A DNA stretch of 64,000 nucleotides from an uncultured Planctomycetales bacterium (GCA_964612665.1 CAZTCI010000004.1:270376-334375); one strand, 5' to 3'; numbered from the stretch's first letter, positions 45,926-56,076 are shown. Notes: generated from the letters alone by a model not told the origin. Translations and numbers: made by a program.

Positions 45926-46022
45926 TTACTGACTTTTGCACTGCAAAAGTCTAGTACTAGGCCTTTTCTCTTCGATAACGAAAAGAACGGCTTATCTTGG
46001 GAAAGGAAAAGGCCAGTAAACG
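45926..46022 (+). promoter_or_regulatory. Conserved leader/operator element, copy A. A 21-bp perfect palindrome (GACTTTTGCA-c-TGCAAAAGTC) starts 8 nt after the predicted TSS. A second helix follows (ggccttttctc...g(g/a)gaaaaggcc)
   Basis: Read from sequence. Copy B at 60676-60777 shares the first 45 bp almost identically and the closing aaaaggcca(g/a)taaa. Confidence 0.6.
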
Positions 46023-46059
46023 GTGGCGCTGAAGCCGCCAAAATTTTATCAGGCAAAGA

Positions 46060-46096
46060 GGCCCTGAACCGAAAACGGTTCGGGGTTTTTTATTTT
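46060..46096 (+). terminator. Intrinsic terminator-like hairpin (ccctgaaccg-aaaa-cggttcgggg followed by ttttttatttt) abutting the ATG of the PAS-LuxR gene
   Basis: 9/10-bp stem and an 11-nt U-rich tract. Lies between the promoter/leader and the CDS, suggesting attenuation control. Confidence 0.55.
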
Positions 46097-46990
46097 ATGG
46101 TGAATAAAAATCCCATGGCCAGCAAATTACCTTCCCAAAATTACCAACACGATCTACTTTTATCCGACGAAGAATTCTTAAGGGATTTTTTTGAAAACTC
46201 GCCCATTGGTTTCCATGTTTTCGGACCTGATAAAATTATTCAGGCCATTAATCAAGCCGAATTGAATATGCTGGGCTATCTTCGCGAGGAAATTATTGGG
46301 CGTAAAAAATGGTCAGATCTAATCATTCCACAACAGCGCGCTCAATTTGAACAGCATTGGAAAGATATTTTAAAGGTGGGGCGGGTCATTGACCTGCGTT
46401 ATACATTGCGTACAAAAACCGGTGGGTCGATCGACGTCATGTTAAACGCCTCGGCGCGGTTTAGCCCGTCGGGAAATCTTCTGAACACCCGCGGCACGGT
46501 TTTGGAAATCAGTCATTTTAATAAAGCTTATCAGGCCTTGCAGAATTCTGTCATTTCTTTAAAACAGCAAAAACAATTGCTGGAACAGCAGAACCAAGCG
46601 CTTAATGTTCTGCTCGCCAATCTTGAGATTGAAAAACAGACGCTTAAAAACAATGTGAATGCGAATTTAGAAAAATTGATCCTGCCGCTTTTAAAGAAAC
46701 TCAAACACCGCTCCAACACGTCGGATGAACAGTATCTAGAACTTTTAGAAAAGAATTTTTTAGGGCTCACATCCGGTTTCGGCCATAAGCTGCTTAATCC
46801 GCGCTGGAAACTCAGCCCGCGGGAAATTGAAATCTGTAATATGATCAAAAGCGGACTGTCAACCAAGGCGATCGCCGATACACTATGCGTCTCGGAACGG
46901 ACGATCGAGCATCACCGTAATCATATCCGTAAAAAACTGGCGTTAACGAAAAATCGGATGAACTTGGTTAGTTATTTGCAATCTTTATAG
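46097..46990 (+). CDS. PAS-domain transcriptional regulator with C-terminal LuxR/FixJ-type HTH
   Basis: PAS-like N-terminal region (FFENSPIGFHVFGPD..). C-terminal LSPREIEICNMIKSGLSTKAIADTLCVSERTIEHHRNHIRKKL. The 5' extension to 45887 is rejected. Confidence 0.6.
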   Translation: MVNKNPMASKLPSQNYQHDLLLSDEEFLRDFFENSPIGFHVFGPDKIIQAINQAELNMLGYLREEIIGRKKWSDLIIPQQRAQFEQHWKDILKVGRVIDLRYTLRTKTGGSIDVMLNASARFSPSGNLLNTRGTVLEISHFNKAYQALQNSVISLKQQKQLLEQQNQALNVLLANLEIEKQTLKNNVNANLEKLILPLLKKLKHRSNTSDEQYLELLEKNFLGLTSGFGHKLLNPRWKLSPREIEICNMIKSGLSTKAIADTLCVSERTIEHHRNHIRKKLALTKNRMNLVSYLQSL

Positions 46991-47179
46991 AGAATAAAAT
47001 ACCTAGTGATATAGGTGTTTTGTAGGCGATTGAAGTTTTTAAGCTAACCGGTGCTCTTGTCTTTCCGTCGGAGATCTAAAAATGTGTGTGGTCTTTTACA
47101 ATTTAAAAAGCAGCCAGGTCGTCTTGAGGTTAACTTTCCCGACGAGATTAATCTCAAATAGATTTTAGAAGAATGGGTA

Positions 47180-47375
47180 TTGACGACAAACGCGGATGAA
47201 ATATACTTAGACCGCTAATAGATTTTAAGGTAAGCGCAGACGGTTACCTTAAGTAAGTTTCGGTGAAGAAACATTTTGGACAATGAAGCCCAATATCCCT
47301 CGAGGGGGAAATTGGGGTTTTTGTTTATGGGCAATGAAGCCTTGAACCACGTTTGGTTCAGGGCTTTTTGTTTTT
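47180..47375 (+). promoter_or_regulatory. nirB leader: sigma70-like promoter (TTGACG-16-TATACT, 47180-47207), a 9-bp perfect hairpin (47225-47252), then an intrinsic terminator (47338-47375) about 125 nt before nirB
   Basis: Read from sequence. The terminator stem is agccttgaacc/ggttcagggct plus ttttgttttt. A GC-rich nested-palindrome tract (47420-47460) follows. Confidence 0.45.
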
Positions 47376-47498
47376 ACATCACCCCGCTACTCCGCTGCTT
47401 CCTTGCTAACTACAAGAGCGTGATACCCGCGGGGGGATTGATCCACCCCCGGCGGGTGGGGTGATTTTAGGAAAATGACATTTGAATTGGGAGTGAGA

Positions 47499-49991
47499 AT
47501 GAAAAAATTAGTTGTCATCGGAAACGGCATGGCGGGGGCGCGCGTGGTTGAAGAAATTTTGGGACGGGCGCCGGATAAGTTTGAAATCGTTATGTTCGGC
47601 GCTGAACCTTACGGCAATTATAACCGTATCCTGCTCAGTAACGTGTTGAATCAAACTCAAGAGCCCGACGACATTTTTATTAATCCTTTAAGCTGGTATA
47701 AAGAAAACCGCATTACCCTGCACGCGGGCGTGAAAGCGGTCAAGATTGATACCGAACGCCGTGTGGTTATTGGTCGTCCACTTCAGCCGCGCGCCGCGGC
47801 CTATGCGGTACATGATGACAATGCTTTTGTCTTTGAGAAGATTGAGGAACCTTATGACTATCTTATTATCGCGACGGGTTCCCGGCCTTTTGTTCCGCCG
47901 ATGGAAGGATTTTCCGGACAAGGAACATTTTTGTTTAGGACAATTGACGATTGTGAACGCATCGCCTCTTACGCGAAAAATTGCCGCAAAGCGGTTGTGA
48001 TCGGCGGCGGATTGTTGGGGCTGGAAGCTGCCCGGGGGTTAATGACCCATCATGTGGACGTAGCAATTGTGGAAGCTGCCGCGCAGTTAATGCCGGCTCA
48101 GTTAGATGTCGAATCCGCGCAGATTTTAAGACGCACTATGGAGGGTATGGGATTAACGATCTTGACCGACCGTAAGACGGCGCGCATTCATAAAGTGGAT
48201 AGTAAGATTCATTCATTGATTTTTGCCGACGGATCAACGCTGCCTGCCGATATGGTCGTGGTCAGCGCTGGCATCCGTCCGATTACTGAGGTGGCTCAAG
48301 ATTCAGGCTTAAAAATCAACAAAGGCATTGTGTGCAACGATCAAATGCAGACGAGTGATCCAAACATTTTTGCGGTCGGCGAATGCGTTGAACACCGCGG
48401 CAAATTATACGGATTGGTTGAACCGATTTGGGAGCAGGCGCGGATGATTGCGGATATCTTAAGTGACTTTAATCCTAAAGCAGCTTATCAGGGTTCGAAG
48501 ACCGGGACCAAATTAAAAGTGATGGGCGTTGATTTAATTTCTTTAGGTGAAAAAGAACCGGGAATGGATAGCGACGAGGTTGTGGTGTATCGCGAACCCA
48601 ATCGTGGCATTTATAAAAAGTTAATCATCCGCGACAATAAATTGTACGGCGCGATTCTGCTTGGTGATGCCGCCGCGTCGGATGCATTAATACAGATGTT
48701 TCTTAATGAACAAGTTGTTCCAGAAAATCGTTCCAATCTCTTGTTCGGCGAAGTTAAAGGAACCGCGTTTGTTGAAGCGGCGGATTTGCCGGACCACGCG
48801 CAGATCTGCAATTGTAACGGTGTTTCAAAAAGTAAAATTCTAAACGCGATCGACAGCGGCTGCGAGACTGTCGCCAGCGTCGGGGCCAGGACCAAGGCTG
48901 GTAAAGGCTGCGGATCATGCCGTGATTTAATCGCCCAGATCATTGAATCAAAATTAGGCAAGGTAGCTTACGATCCAAGCGAGCATTATTACGCGCCTGG
49001 AATTCCTTTGGAAAAATCACAATTGGTCGCGGAAATAAAAGCGAAAAATTTGAAATCGGTCAGCGCTGTTTTTCAAGCTTTGGCCGATGGAAAAGAAGAC
49101 CCGGACAGCAAAACTGGACTGGCGTCTTTATTAAAAACGATTTGGCCGAAAGATTATGAAGACGAACGCGACGCGCGTTTTATTAACGACCGCGTGCATG
49201 CGAATATTCAAAAAGACGGGACGTATTCGGTTGTGCCCCGGATCTACGGCGGTGTCACAACGCCCGATGAGTTAATGCGCATCGCCCAGGCCGCGGTCAA
49301 ATACAAAGTCAAGATGGTCAAAATCACCGGCGGGCAGCGGATTGATTTGCTCGGTATCAAAAAAGCGGATTTACCTTCCATTTGGAAAGAACTCGGGATG
49401 CCAAGCGGCCACGCGTACACAAAAGCGTTTCGCACCTGCAAAAGTTGCGTGGGCACAGATTTTTGCCGCTATGGTTTGGGCGATTCAATCAGCCTCGCCC
49501 AGAAAATCGAATACCGTTTTCAAGGGATTGAATCCCCGCACAAAATGAAATTAGCGACGGCCGGTTGTCCGCGCAATTGTTCAGAAGCTTATGTCAAGGA
49601 CATCGGGGCGGTCGCGATCGGCGATGATAAATGGGAAATTTATATTGGCGGTGCCGCAGGTAGTTCGGTGCGCAAAGGCGATCTTCTTTACACGGCGACC
49701 GGTCATGACGAAACATTGAAGATCGTCGGGCGGTTCATTCAATACTACCGTGAACATGGAAAATATTTGGAGCGCACTTACGCGTTTGCGGAACGGATCG
49801 GGATCAATGTTTTAAAAAGTATTCTGATCGAGGATTCTTTAGGAATCTGCGGTCAATTGGATGAACGCATTCAAGAAGCGGTTGATGCTTATAAAGATCC
49901 ATGGAAAGAAGCCGAGCTGCCGTTTTATCCGTCTCAGTTTGAAGGGCCGCAATTAGTCGAAGTTCTTAAGGAAGCTGAAAATAATGGTTAA
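47499..49991 (+). CDS. nirB: Assimilatory NAD(P)H nitrite reductase large subunit
   Basis: N-terminal FAD/NAD fold (KKLVVIGNGMAG). Central BFD-like [2Fe-2S] Cys pairs. C-terminal siroheme/[4Fe-4S] motifs (TCKSCVGTDFC...AGCPRNC). The ATG at 47499 with a GGAG Shine-Dalgarno is preferred. The ORF-track start is 47475. Confidence 0.85.
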   Translation: MKKLVVIGNGMAGARVVEEILGRAPDKFEIVMFGAEPYGNYNRILLSNVLNQTQEPDDIFINPLSWYKENRITLHAGVKAVKIDTERRVVIGRPLQPRAAAYAVHDDNAFVFEKIEEPYDYLIIATGSRPFVPPMEGFSGQGTFLFRTIDDCERIASYAKNCRKAVVIGGGLLGLEAARGLMTHHVDVAIVEAAAQLMPAQLDVESAQILRRTMEGMGLTILTDRKTARIHKVDSKIHSLIFADGSTLPADMVVVSAGIRPITEVAQDSGLKINKGIVCNDQMQTSDPNIFAVGECVEHRGKLYGLVEPIWEQARMIADILSDFNPKAAYQGSKTGTKLKVMGVDLISLGEKEPGMDSDEVVVYREPNRGIYKKLIIRDNKLYGAILLGDAAASDALIQMFLNEQVVPENRSNLLFGEVKGTAFVEAADLPDHAQICNCNGVSKSKILNAIDSGCETVASVGARTKAGKGCGSCRDLIAQIIESKLGKVAYDPSEHYYAPGIPLEKSQLVAEIKAKNLKSVSAVFQALADGKEDPDSKTGLASLLKTIWPKDYEDERDARFINDRVHANIQKDGTYSVVPRIYGGVTTPDELMRIAQAAVKYKVKMVKITGGQRIDLLGIKKADLPSIWKELGMPSGHAYTKAFRTCKSCVGTDFCRYGLGDSISLAQKIEYRFQGIESPHKMKLATAGCPRNCSEAYVKDIGAVAIGDDKWEIYIGGAAGSSVRKGDLLYTATGHDETLKIVGRFIQYYREHGKYLERTYAFAERIGINVLKSILIEDSLGICGQLDERIQEAVDAYKDPWKEAELPFYPSQFEGPQLVEVLKEAENNG

Positions 49992-50013
49992 CTTCTTTCA
50001 AAAGGGATGAGCC

Positions 50014-50391
50014 ATGGAAAAAATTTTACAAATCAATTTGGGCGCGGTGGGACAAATTCCTCTTGGCCAAGGACGTTGTTATGTGGTCAACGGCCATGAT
50101 ATCGCGGTATTCTGCAGCCGTAACCGTAAATTTTTTGCCGTTGAGAATCGTTGTCCGCACCGCGGCGGCCCTTTATCCGACGGAGTAATAGGTGAAGACC
50201 GGGTGGTCTGTCCATTGCATGGCCATAAATTTGATTTAACAACTGGTAAAGGCAGTGAACCGCATGAATGTATTCAAGTATTTCGCGTGCGTGAAGAAAA
50301 TGGTGATCTTTGGATCGAGTACCCAATGTCGCTTTTAAATTTTTCATCTCAGTCTAAAGCTGATATTACAGATTTGATGAAAGAAAATTAA
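50014..50391 (+). CDS. nirD: Nitrite reductase small subunit (Rieske-type)
   Basis: CPHRGGPLSDG...CPLHGHKFDLTTG Rieske motifs. 125 aa. Confidence 0.8.
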   Translation: MEKILQINLGAVGQIPLGQGRCYVVNGHDIAVFCSRNRKFFAVENRCPHRGGPLSDGVIGEDRVVCPLHGHKFDLTTGKGSEPHECIQVFRVREENGDLWIEYPMSLLNFSSQSKADITDLMKEN

Positions 50392-50423
50392 TTCCAAGAA
50401 CAAGCCCTGGGTTATCCAGCGAA

Positions 50424-51815
50424 TTGAACTACAGGCAAAAACGAAGGGGGTTGGTCATGCGCAGATTGTTGACAAGATGTTTGATACCGACGAAATTTTG
50501 GTTTTATGTGATGGTGGTTGGAAGTTTGCTGTGCGGGTCTATCATTCAAAGCCATGCAGCGAATTTGGAAAAGGATGAACTGACCATAGGGTTCATCAAG
50601 CTCGCTGATTGTGTCCCGTTAGTGGTGGCTAAGGAAAAAGGTTTTTTTGAAGAAGAAGGCCTTTTTGTCACGCTTCAACCCCAGGCGAATTGGAAAGTTT
50701 TGATGGACCGGGTCATTGACGGCCAGCTCGACGGAGCGCACATGTTAGCTGCCGCGCCGTTGGGCCACACGATCGGTCTTTTAACTAAAGCTCATATCAT
50801 TATTCCCTATGTGTTAAGTGTCAACGGCGCTGGTATCACGGTTTCGAATGAGGTCTGGCAAAAAATGAAACCGCATGTGAAACAAGAAGACGGCAAGCCC
50901 GTTCATCCGATTAGTGCTGAAGCTTTGAAACCAGTCGTCGATGAATTTAAAGGAGAAGGAAAAAGTTTTAAGATGGCGATCACTTATCCCATCGGAACGC
51001 ACAATTATGTGGAAAGGTATTGGCTGGCCGCCGGCGGTATTAATCCGGGTATGTATACGGCAACAGATAGTTCGGGGATGACGGATGCCGATGTTCAACT
51101 TTCCGTAACGCCGCCGCCGCAGATGGCGGCGACCCTTGAGTCGGGCACGATTCATGGTTTTTGCGTCGGAGAGCCATGGAACCAGCAATGCGTTTTTAAA
51201 GGAATTGGTGTCCCGGTCACCTCAAGTTATTTTGTGAACCGGGGAATCCCGGATAAAGCTTTTGGTGTCACTAAACAATGGGCGGATGAACACCCGAACA
51301 CGCTTAAAGCTTTAGTAAAAGCGCTCATTCGCGCCGGTCAATGGCTCGACGAAGATAACGGCAAAAACCGTGATGAAGCCGCGAACCTTTTGTCCAAACC
51401 CGAATACGTCGGCGCTGATTATAAAGTCATTCGGCAAATGATGACGGGTAATTTCGAATATGAAAAAGGTGATAAACGCTCTGAACCGGATTGGGATTTG
51501 TTTTTCCGGGACAATGCTTCCTATCCTTTTTACAGCGGTGCGATTTGGTATTTAACTCAAATGCGTCGCTGGGGGCAAATCGCGGAGCCCAAGCCGGATA
51601 AATGGTACGACGACACGGCAAAAAAAGTTTACCGGCCCGACATTTGGCTGGCCGCGGCCCAAGAATTGGTGAAGGAAAAAAAGTTAAGCGAAGCCGATAT
51701 TCCTCAAACCGAAGGCTACAAAGCCCCGGCTTCAGAATTTATCGACGGGTTTACTTATGACGGGCGTAAACCTAATGAATATCTTAAGAATTTTAAAATC
51801 GGTAATAACAATTAA
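50424..51815 (+). CDS. nrtA: Nitrate ABC transporter substrate-binding protein (NrtA/CmpA family)
   Basis: Signal peptide plus an NMT1/NrtA-like periplasmic domain. Operon with the permease and two ATPases. Confidence 0.75.
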   Translation: MNYRQKRRGLVMRRLLTRCLIPTKFWFYVMVVGSLLCGSIIQSHAANLEKDELTIGFIKLADCVPLVVAKEKGFFEEEGLFVTLQPQANWKVLMDRVIDGQLDGAHMLAAAPLGHTIGLLTKAHIIIPYVLSVNGAGITVSNEVWQKMKPHVKQEDGKPVHPISAEALKPVVDEFKGEGKSFKMAITYPIGTHNYVERYWLAAGGINPGMYTATDSSGMTDADVQLSVTPPPQMAATLESGTIHGFCVGEPWNQQCVFKGIGVPVTSSYFVNRGIPDKAFGVTKQWADEHPNTLKALVKALIRAGQWLDEDNGKNRDEAANLLSKPEYVGADYKVIRQMMTGNFEYEKGDKRSEPDWDLFFRDNASYPFYSGAIWYLTQMRRWGQIAEPKPDKWYDDTAKKVYRPDIWLAAAQELVKEKKLSEADIPQTEGYKAPASEFIDGFTYDGRKPNEYLKNFKIGNNN

Positions 51816-51837
51816 ACAAGCTAATTAAGGAAACACA

Positions 51838-52851
51838 ATGTTATTAAAAAAGCAAATTTTAAAAAATTCCAAAGGGCAGGTATCCATAAGTTCAGCCCAG
51901 GCTTTTTCCGGAGGAATAAATAAAGATCTGCGTTTCTTTTTAAAATCTTTATGGCTAACGCTGGGCATTCCTTTTATAGCGATTGCTATTTTTTTAATGA
52001 TCTGGTCGGCGACCGCGCAGAACATTCATACAAGTTTAGGGAGCCTGCCTGGTCCGCGTGATGTTTTTGCTCAGGCCAAAACATTGTGGCAGGAACACTG
52101 GCAGGAACAGGAGAAGCAGAAAGAATTTTATCAAAAACAAAAAGACGCGAACGCCAAAAAATTAGCGGAAGACCCGACGGCAAAAGTCAAAATCCGCAAG
52201 TATACAGGCAAGCCGACATACTTTGATCAAATCTTAAGAAGCTTGCTCACTGTTTTCACCGGATTTTTGATCGCCTCGGCCGTTGCTATTCCGCTGGGCA
52301 TTGTCTGCGGACTTAACCGCACAATACTGGCGGCGTTGAATCCTTTTATTCAGATCTTTCGTCCAATCTCACCGCTGGCGTGGCTGCCTTTGGTGACCAT
52401 GGTTGTGAGCGCGGTCTATACAACCTCGAACGGACCGGTTGAAAAATGTTTTATTATTTCGGCAGTTACAGTTTCATTGTGTTCATTGTGGCCGACGCTG
52501 ATTAATACGGCGCAAGGTGTCGCGTCGGTAGATAAGGATATCGTGAATGTCTCACGCGTTCTTCGCTTGGGGCCGATGACGCATGTTTTAAAAATTATTT
52601 TGCCCGCTTCACTGCCTTTGGTCTTTACGGGTTTACGCATTTCACTTGGCGTCGGATGGATGGTTTTGATCGCTTCCGAAATGCTCGCGCAAAATCCAGG
52701 TTTGGGAAAATTTGTTTGGGATGAATTTCAAAACGGCAGCAGTGAATCGCTGGCGCGGATAATGGTCGCGGTTTTAACGATCGGGCTCATCGGTTTTGTT
52801 TTGGACCGCGTTATGGTCCTTCTGCAGAAGACGGCAAGCTTTAATAGATAA
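51838..52851 (+). CDS. nrtB: Nitrate ABC transporter permease
   Basis: BPD-transport permease with the EAA-like loop ([16 protein letters not shown]). Confidence 0.8.
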   Translation: MLLKKQILKNSKGQVSISSAQAFSGGINKDLRFFLKSLWLTLGIPFIAIAIFLMIWSATAQNIHTSLGSLPGPRDVFAQAKTLWQEHWQEQEKQKEFYQKQKDANAKKLAEDPTAKVKIRKYTGKPTYFDQILRSLLTVFTGFLIASAVAIPLGIVCGLNRTILAALNPFIQIFRPISPLAWLPLVTMVVSAVYTTSNGPVEKCFIISAVTVSLCSLWPTLINTAQGVASVDKDIVNVSRVLRLGPMTHVLKIILPASLPLVFTGLRISLGVGWMVLIASEMLAQNPGLGKFVWDEFQNGSSESLARIMVAVLTIGLIGFVLDRVMVLLQKTASFNR

Positions 52852-52861
52852 GGAGAGAGCG

Positions 52862-53725
52862 TTGGCTTTTTTAGAGTTAATTGAGGTCGATAAAGGATAC
52901 GGCGAAGGCAACAGCCGCAGTGAGGTTTTAAAAGGCATCAATCTTACCGTCGAGAAAGGCGAGTTTGTCGCGATTATCGGTTTTTCCGGAAGCGGAAAAA
53001 CGACTTTGATTAATTTGATCGGCGGGCTTTTGAAAGCGGATGACGGCATTGTTTTATTGCGGGGGAAACATATCGAAAAACCCGGCCCAGACCGCGGGAT
53101 GGTTTTTCAAAATTATTCTTTATTGCCGTGGCTCAGTGTTTACGGCAACATCGCGCTCGCCGTGAATAATCTGTTCCCGCAGTGGTCGAAGGAAAAACGC
53201 GACGAACATATCCGCCGTTACATTGACATGGTGCATTTGACGCCGGCGTTAGATAAAAAACCGATGGAACTTTCCGGCGGGATGCGCCAGCGCGTTTCGG
53301 TCGCCCGGGCACTCGCCATGGACCCGGAGATTCTTCTTTTAGATGAACCGTTAAGCGCGCTGGATGCTTTAACCCGCGGCACACTTCAAAAAGAAATTGA
53401 AACGATTTATCGCACCGAGAAAAAAACTGTTGTCTTGATTACCAATGATGTGGATGAAGGGTTGATATTAGCGGACCGGATTATCCCGCTTAATCCCGGT
53501 CCTCGCGCGACGTTAGGCCCTATCTTTTCAATTGATCTGCCACGTCCTCGAGATAAAGCGGCCATGAATCACAATCCTCAATATAAAAAATTACGTAACG
53601 CGATCATTGAATATCTTCTCGACGTTGGATCGAAACGAAACGTCAAGAACAATGAGATAGACTCTTTGACTCTGCCGGATCTGAACCCGATCGATGTGCG
53701 CCAGAGCCGGTATGTGAATGTATAA
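52862..53725 (+). CDS. nrtD: Nitrate ABC transporter ATP-binding protein
   Basis: Walker [10 protein letters not shown], signature LSGGMRQRV and Walker B LLLDEP. A TTG at 52862 with an AAGGAGAG Shine-Dalgarno is preferred over the ORF-track start at 52796, which lies inside nrtB. Confidence 0.8.
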   Translation: MAFLELIEVDKGYGEGNSRSEVLKGINLTVEKGEFVAIIGFSGSGKTTLINLIGGLLKADDGIVLLRGKHIEKPGPDRGMVFQNYSLLPWLSVYGNIALAVNNLFPQWSKEKRDEHIRRYIDMVHLTPALDKKPMELSGGMRQRVSVARALAMDPEILLLDEPLSALDALTRGTLQKEIETIYRTEKKTVVLITNDVDEGLILADRIIPLNPGPRATLGPIFSIDLPRPRDKAAMNHNPQYKKLRNAIIEYLLDVGSKRNVKNNEIDSLTLPDLNPIDVRQSRYVNV

Positions 53726-53736
53726 AGAAAGGAACC

Positions 53737-54603
53737 ATGAACGATTATCTGGAATTTGCGAATCTTTCCAAAGAATACACGACGGCAAAAGGCAATTTTG
53801 TCGCTGTTGAGGGATTTCATCTTAATGTGAGCAAAGGCGAATTTGTTTCCATTATTGGTCATTCCGGATGCGGCAAATCAACCGTGCTCATGATGGCTGC
53901 CGGATTAATTGAAATCACTTCCGGCTATATTTGTTTAGCCACCCGAGAAATCGACGGGCCGGGGCCGGACCGTGGGATTGTGTTTCAATCGCCAAGTTTG
54001 TTGCCGTGGATGACGGCGCTTGAGAATGTAATGTTAGGTGTTAAACAAGTTTTTCCCCATGGAACGCAAAAGCAGCGTGAAGATATTTGTAAATACTATC
54101 TGACCCGCGTCGGGCTTGGCGACGCGTTTTATAAAAAAGCCTGCGATCTTTCTAACGGCATGAGACAACGCGTCGGTATCGCCCGGGCTTTCGCGCTTAA
54201 ACCCAAGCTGCTTCTTTTGGATGAACCGTTTGGAATGCTCGATTCGTTGACAAGGGCCGAATTGCAGGAAGTATTGCTGGAAGTCTGGAGCCGCGAACAG
54301 ATAACGGCCTTGATGGTTACTCACGACGTGGATGAAGCGTTGTTTCTTTCGGACCGCATTGTGATGATGACGAGCGGTCCCCGCGCGAAAGTTGGGAAAA
54401 TTTTGAATGTCGATTTTGAAAGGCCGCGTCACCGCAAAGATGTGATTGAACATCCACGCTATTACGACTGTCGCGGATCTTTATTGAACTTTTTAGAAGG
54501 AAGGGAATCTGAGGTCACTCACAAAGGCCAGACAAAGACGTCAGAGCCGCAGGCCCTTCGGCTCAAGACAGAACCAAAGAAGGATTATGTCAACGCCTCC
54601 TGA
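53737..54603 (+). CDS. nrtC: Nitrate ABC transporter ATP-binding protein (second ATPase)
   Basis: Walker [10 protein letters not shown], signature LSNGMRQRV and Walker B LLLDEP. Confidence 0.8.
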   Translation: MNDYLEFANLSKEYTTAKGNFVAVEGFHLNVSKGEFVSIIGHSGCGKSTVLMMAAGLIEITSGYICLATREIDGPGPDRGIVFQSPSLLPWMTALENVMLGVKQVFPHGTQKQREDICKYYLTRVGLGDAFYKKACDLSNGMRQRVGIARAFALKPKLLLLDEPFGMLDSLTRAELQEVLLEVWSREQITALMVTHDVDEALFLSDRIVMMTSGPRAKVGKILNVDFERPRHRKDVIEHPRYYDCRGSLLNFLEGRESEVTHKGQTKTSEPQALRLKTEPKKDYVNAS

Positions 54604-54681
54604 GATATCCTCTCACATCGCCACACAATGGAACGACATCTAAAAATAAAGCGTGAATAATGCGAGAAATGGAATCTCTCT

Positions 54682-56019
54682 ATGACTAATCGAAAATCTT
54701 TGATGGCGGTTTTGGCTGTTTTATTGATGGGAACGGTCAGCGAAGCTGGCGACTGGATTAATAAAAAATTACCCGATGCGATTAAAGCGGATCTTCAGGT
54801 ACGTTATCGCCTGGAGTATCGCAGTGACTTTGATTTCAATGAAAGCAAGGACGACAACGACGCTTATAATCTTTATCGCACACGTTTGAATTTAAAGTTT
54901 ACACCCATCAAACAATTGTATCTGTTCACGCAAGCGCAGGACGCGCGAATCACACATTCGCAATTCATTGATAAATCCCCGTATGAAAATTTTATGGATA
55001 CCCGCCAGCTATATCTTAATTACGAAGATGAAGTGCAGTTTGAACCCTTGTCGATGAATAAAGTTTCACTTCGTGCGGGGCGTCAGGAATTTGCTTATGG
55101 TGCGGAACGGTTGATCGGCGGATTTAACTGGTCGAATGTGGCGCAAACGTTCGACGGCGGGAAAATCGGTTTTCATTTTATTCCACTGCATTTGCAAGTC
55201 GATTTTTTCGGCGGCGATAAAACTTCGATTAAATCCCCGCGGGAAGCGGACGATCTTTTTGACGGTTCATCCAAAGACAGGATGTACGCGTATTACGCGA
55301 CGGCCAAACCGTATAAAGATTTGATTGTGGAAAATTATTTAATCCGCCGTAAGACCGGCAAAAACATTTCCTTTGGTCCCAGCGGATCAGGGGCCGTCGA
55401 TGAGTTTACTTTTGGCGGGCGGCTTTTGAAGCCTGCTTCGTCGGGTCATTTTGATTATGAATTAGAAACCGCCGGGCAATGGGGCGATTTCAATGACAAG
55501 GATGTCCGCGCGGCGATGGCGGTCGGAATTATTGGCTATACGATTAAGCACCGTTTTGCGCCGCGTTTTGCTTTTGAGTATGATTACGGCACGGGTGATT
55601 CCAACCCAACGGATGGAACCCGCCGGACATTTGACAATCTTTATCCGACAAACCATCCGTTTTATGGATTCATGGATTTGTTCAGCATTCAAAACCTGAA
55701 TGATTACCGGTATCAAGCGAGTTTCAAGCCGCATAGTAAATGGAAATTGCAGTCAGATTATCATTTGTTGTTTTTAGACACGCCGAAAGATTCGTTTTAT
55801 TCCGCCGGACGGGCCGTGACCCGGACAGCGTCGGCGTCGCTTTCGGATGTCAATCCGCACGTCGGTGATGAAGTCGATTTAACGGCCGAATATAAAGCAA
55901 CGCCATGGCTCAATATGTTGTTTGGCTATTCGCATTTTTTTGCCGGTAAATATTTGCAAGAAACCGGCGCCAATGATGACGCGGACTTCTTTTATCTACA
56001 AACTCAGTTTACCTTATGA
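54682..56019 (+). CDS. Outer-membrane porin (alginate-export/OprO-P-like family often linked to anion uptake loci)
   Basis: Signal peptide (..VSEA). About 420-aa beta-rich protein with alternating patterns and an aromatic-rich C-terminus (FFYLQTQFTL). Sits inside the nitrate gene cluster. Confidence 0.5.
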   Translation: MTNRKSLMAVLAVLLMGTVSEAGDWINKKLPDAIKADLQVRYRLEYRSDFDFNESKDDNDAYNLYRTRLNLKFTPIKQLYLFTQAQDARITHSQFIDKSPYENFMDTRQLYLNYEDEVQFEPLSMNKVSLRAGRQEFAYGAERLIGGFNWSNVAQTFDGGKIGFHFIPLHLQVDFFGGDKTSIKSPREADDLFDGSSKDRMYAYYATAKPYKDLIVENYLIRRKTGKNISFGPSGSGAVDEFTFGGRLLKPASSGHFDYELETAGQWGDFNDKDVRAAMAVGIIGYTIKHRFAPRFAFEYDYGTGDSNPTDGTRRTFDNLYPTNHPFYGFMDLFSIQNLNDYRYQASFKPHSKWKLQSDYHLLFLDTPKDSFYSAGRAVTRTASASLSDVNPHVGDEVDLTAEYKATPWLNMLFGYSHFFAGKYLQETGANDDADFFYLQTQFTL

Positions 56020-56028
56020 CGCTAAGTG

Positions 56029-56066
56029 ACCCATCTACACCTACGGGGTGTAGATGGGTAAGTTTT
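56029..56066 (+). terminator. Intrinsic terminator: perfect 13-bp stem (acccatctacacc-tacgg-ggtgtagatgggt) followed by aagttttt
   Basis: Arms at 56029-56041 and 56047-56059 are exact reverse complements. Confidence 0.7.
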
Positions 56067-56076
56067 TAAATAACTT

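Noticed and set aside
45887-46096. ORF-track N-terminal extension of the PAS-LuxR gene (start 45887)
   Set aside because: Its 'start codon' is the TTG of a TTGACA -35 box. The extension reads through a 21-bp palindrome, a second helix and a terminator. Copy B of that element is non-coding. The true start is taken as the ATG at 46097 (or later).
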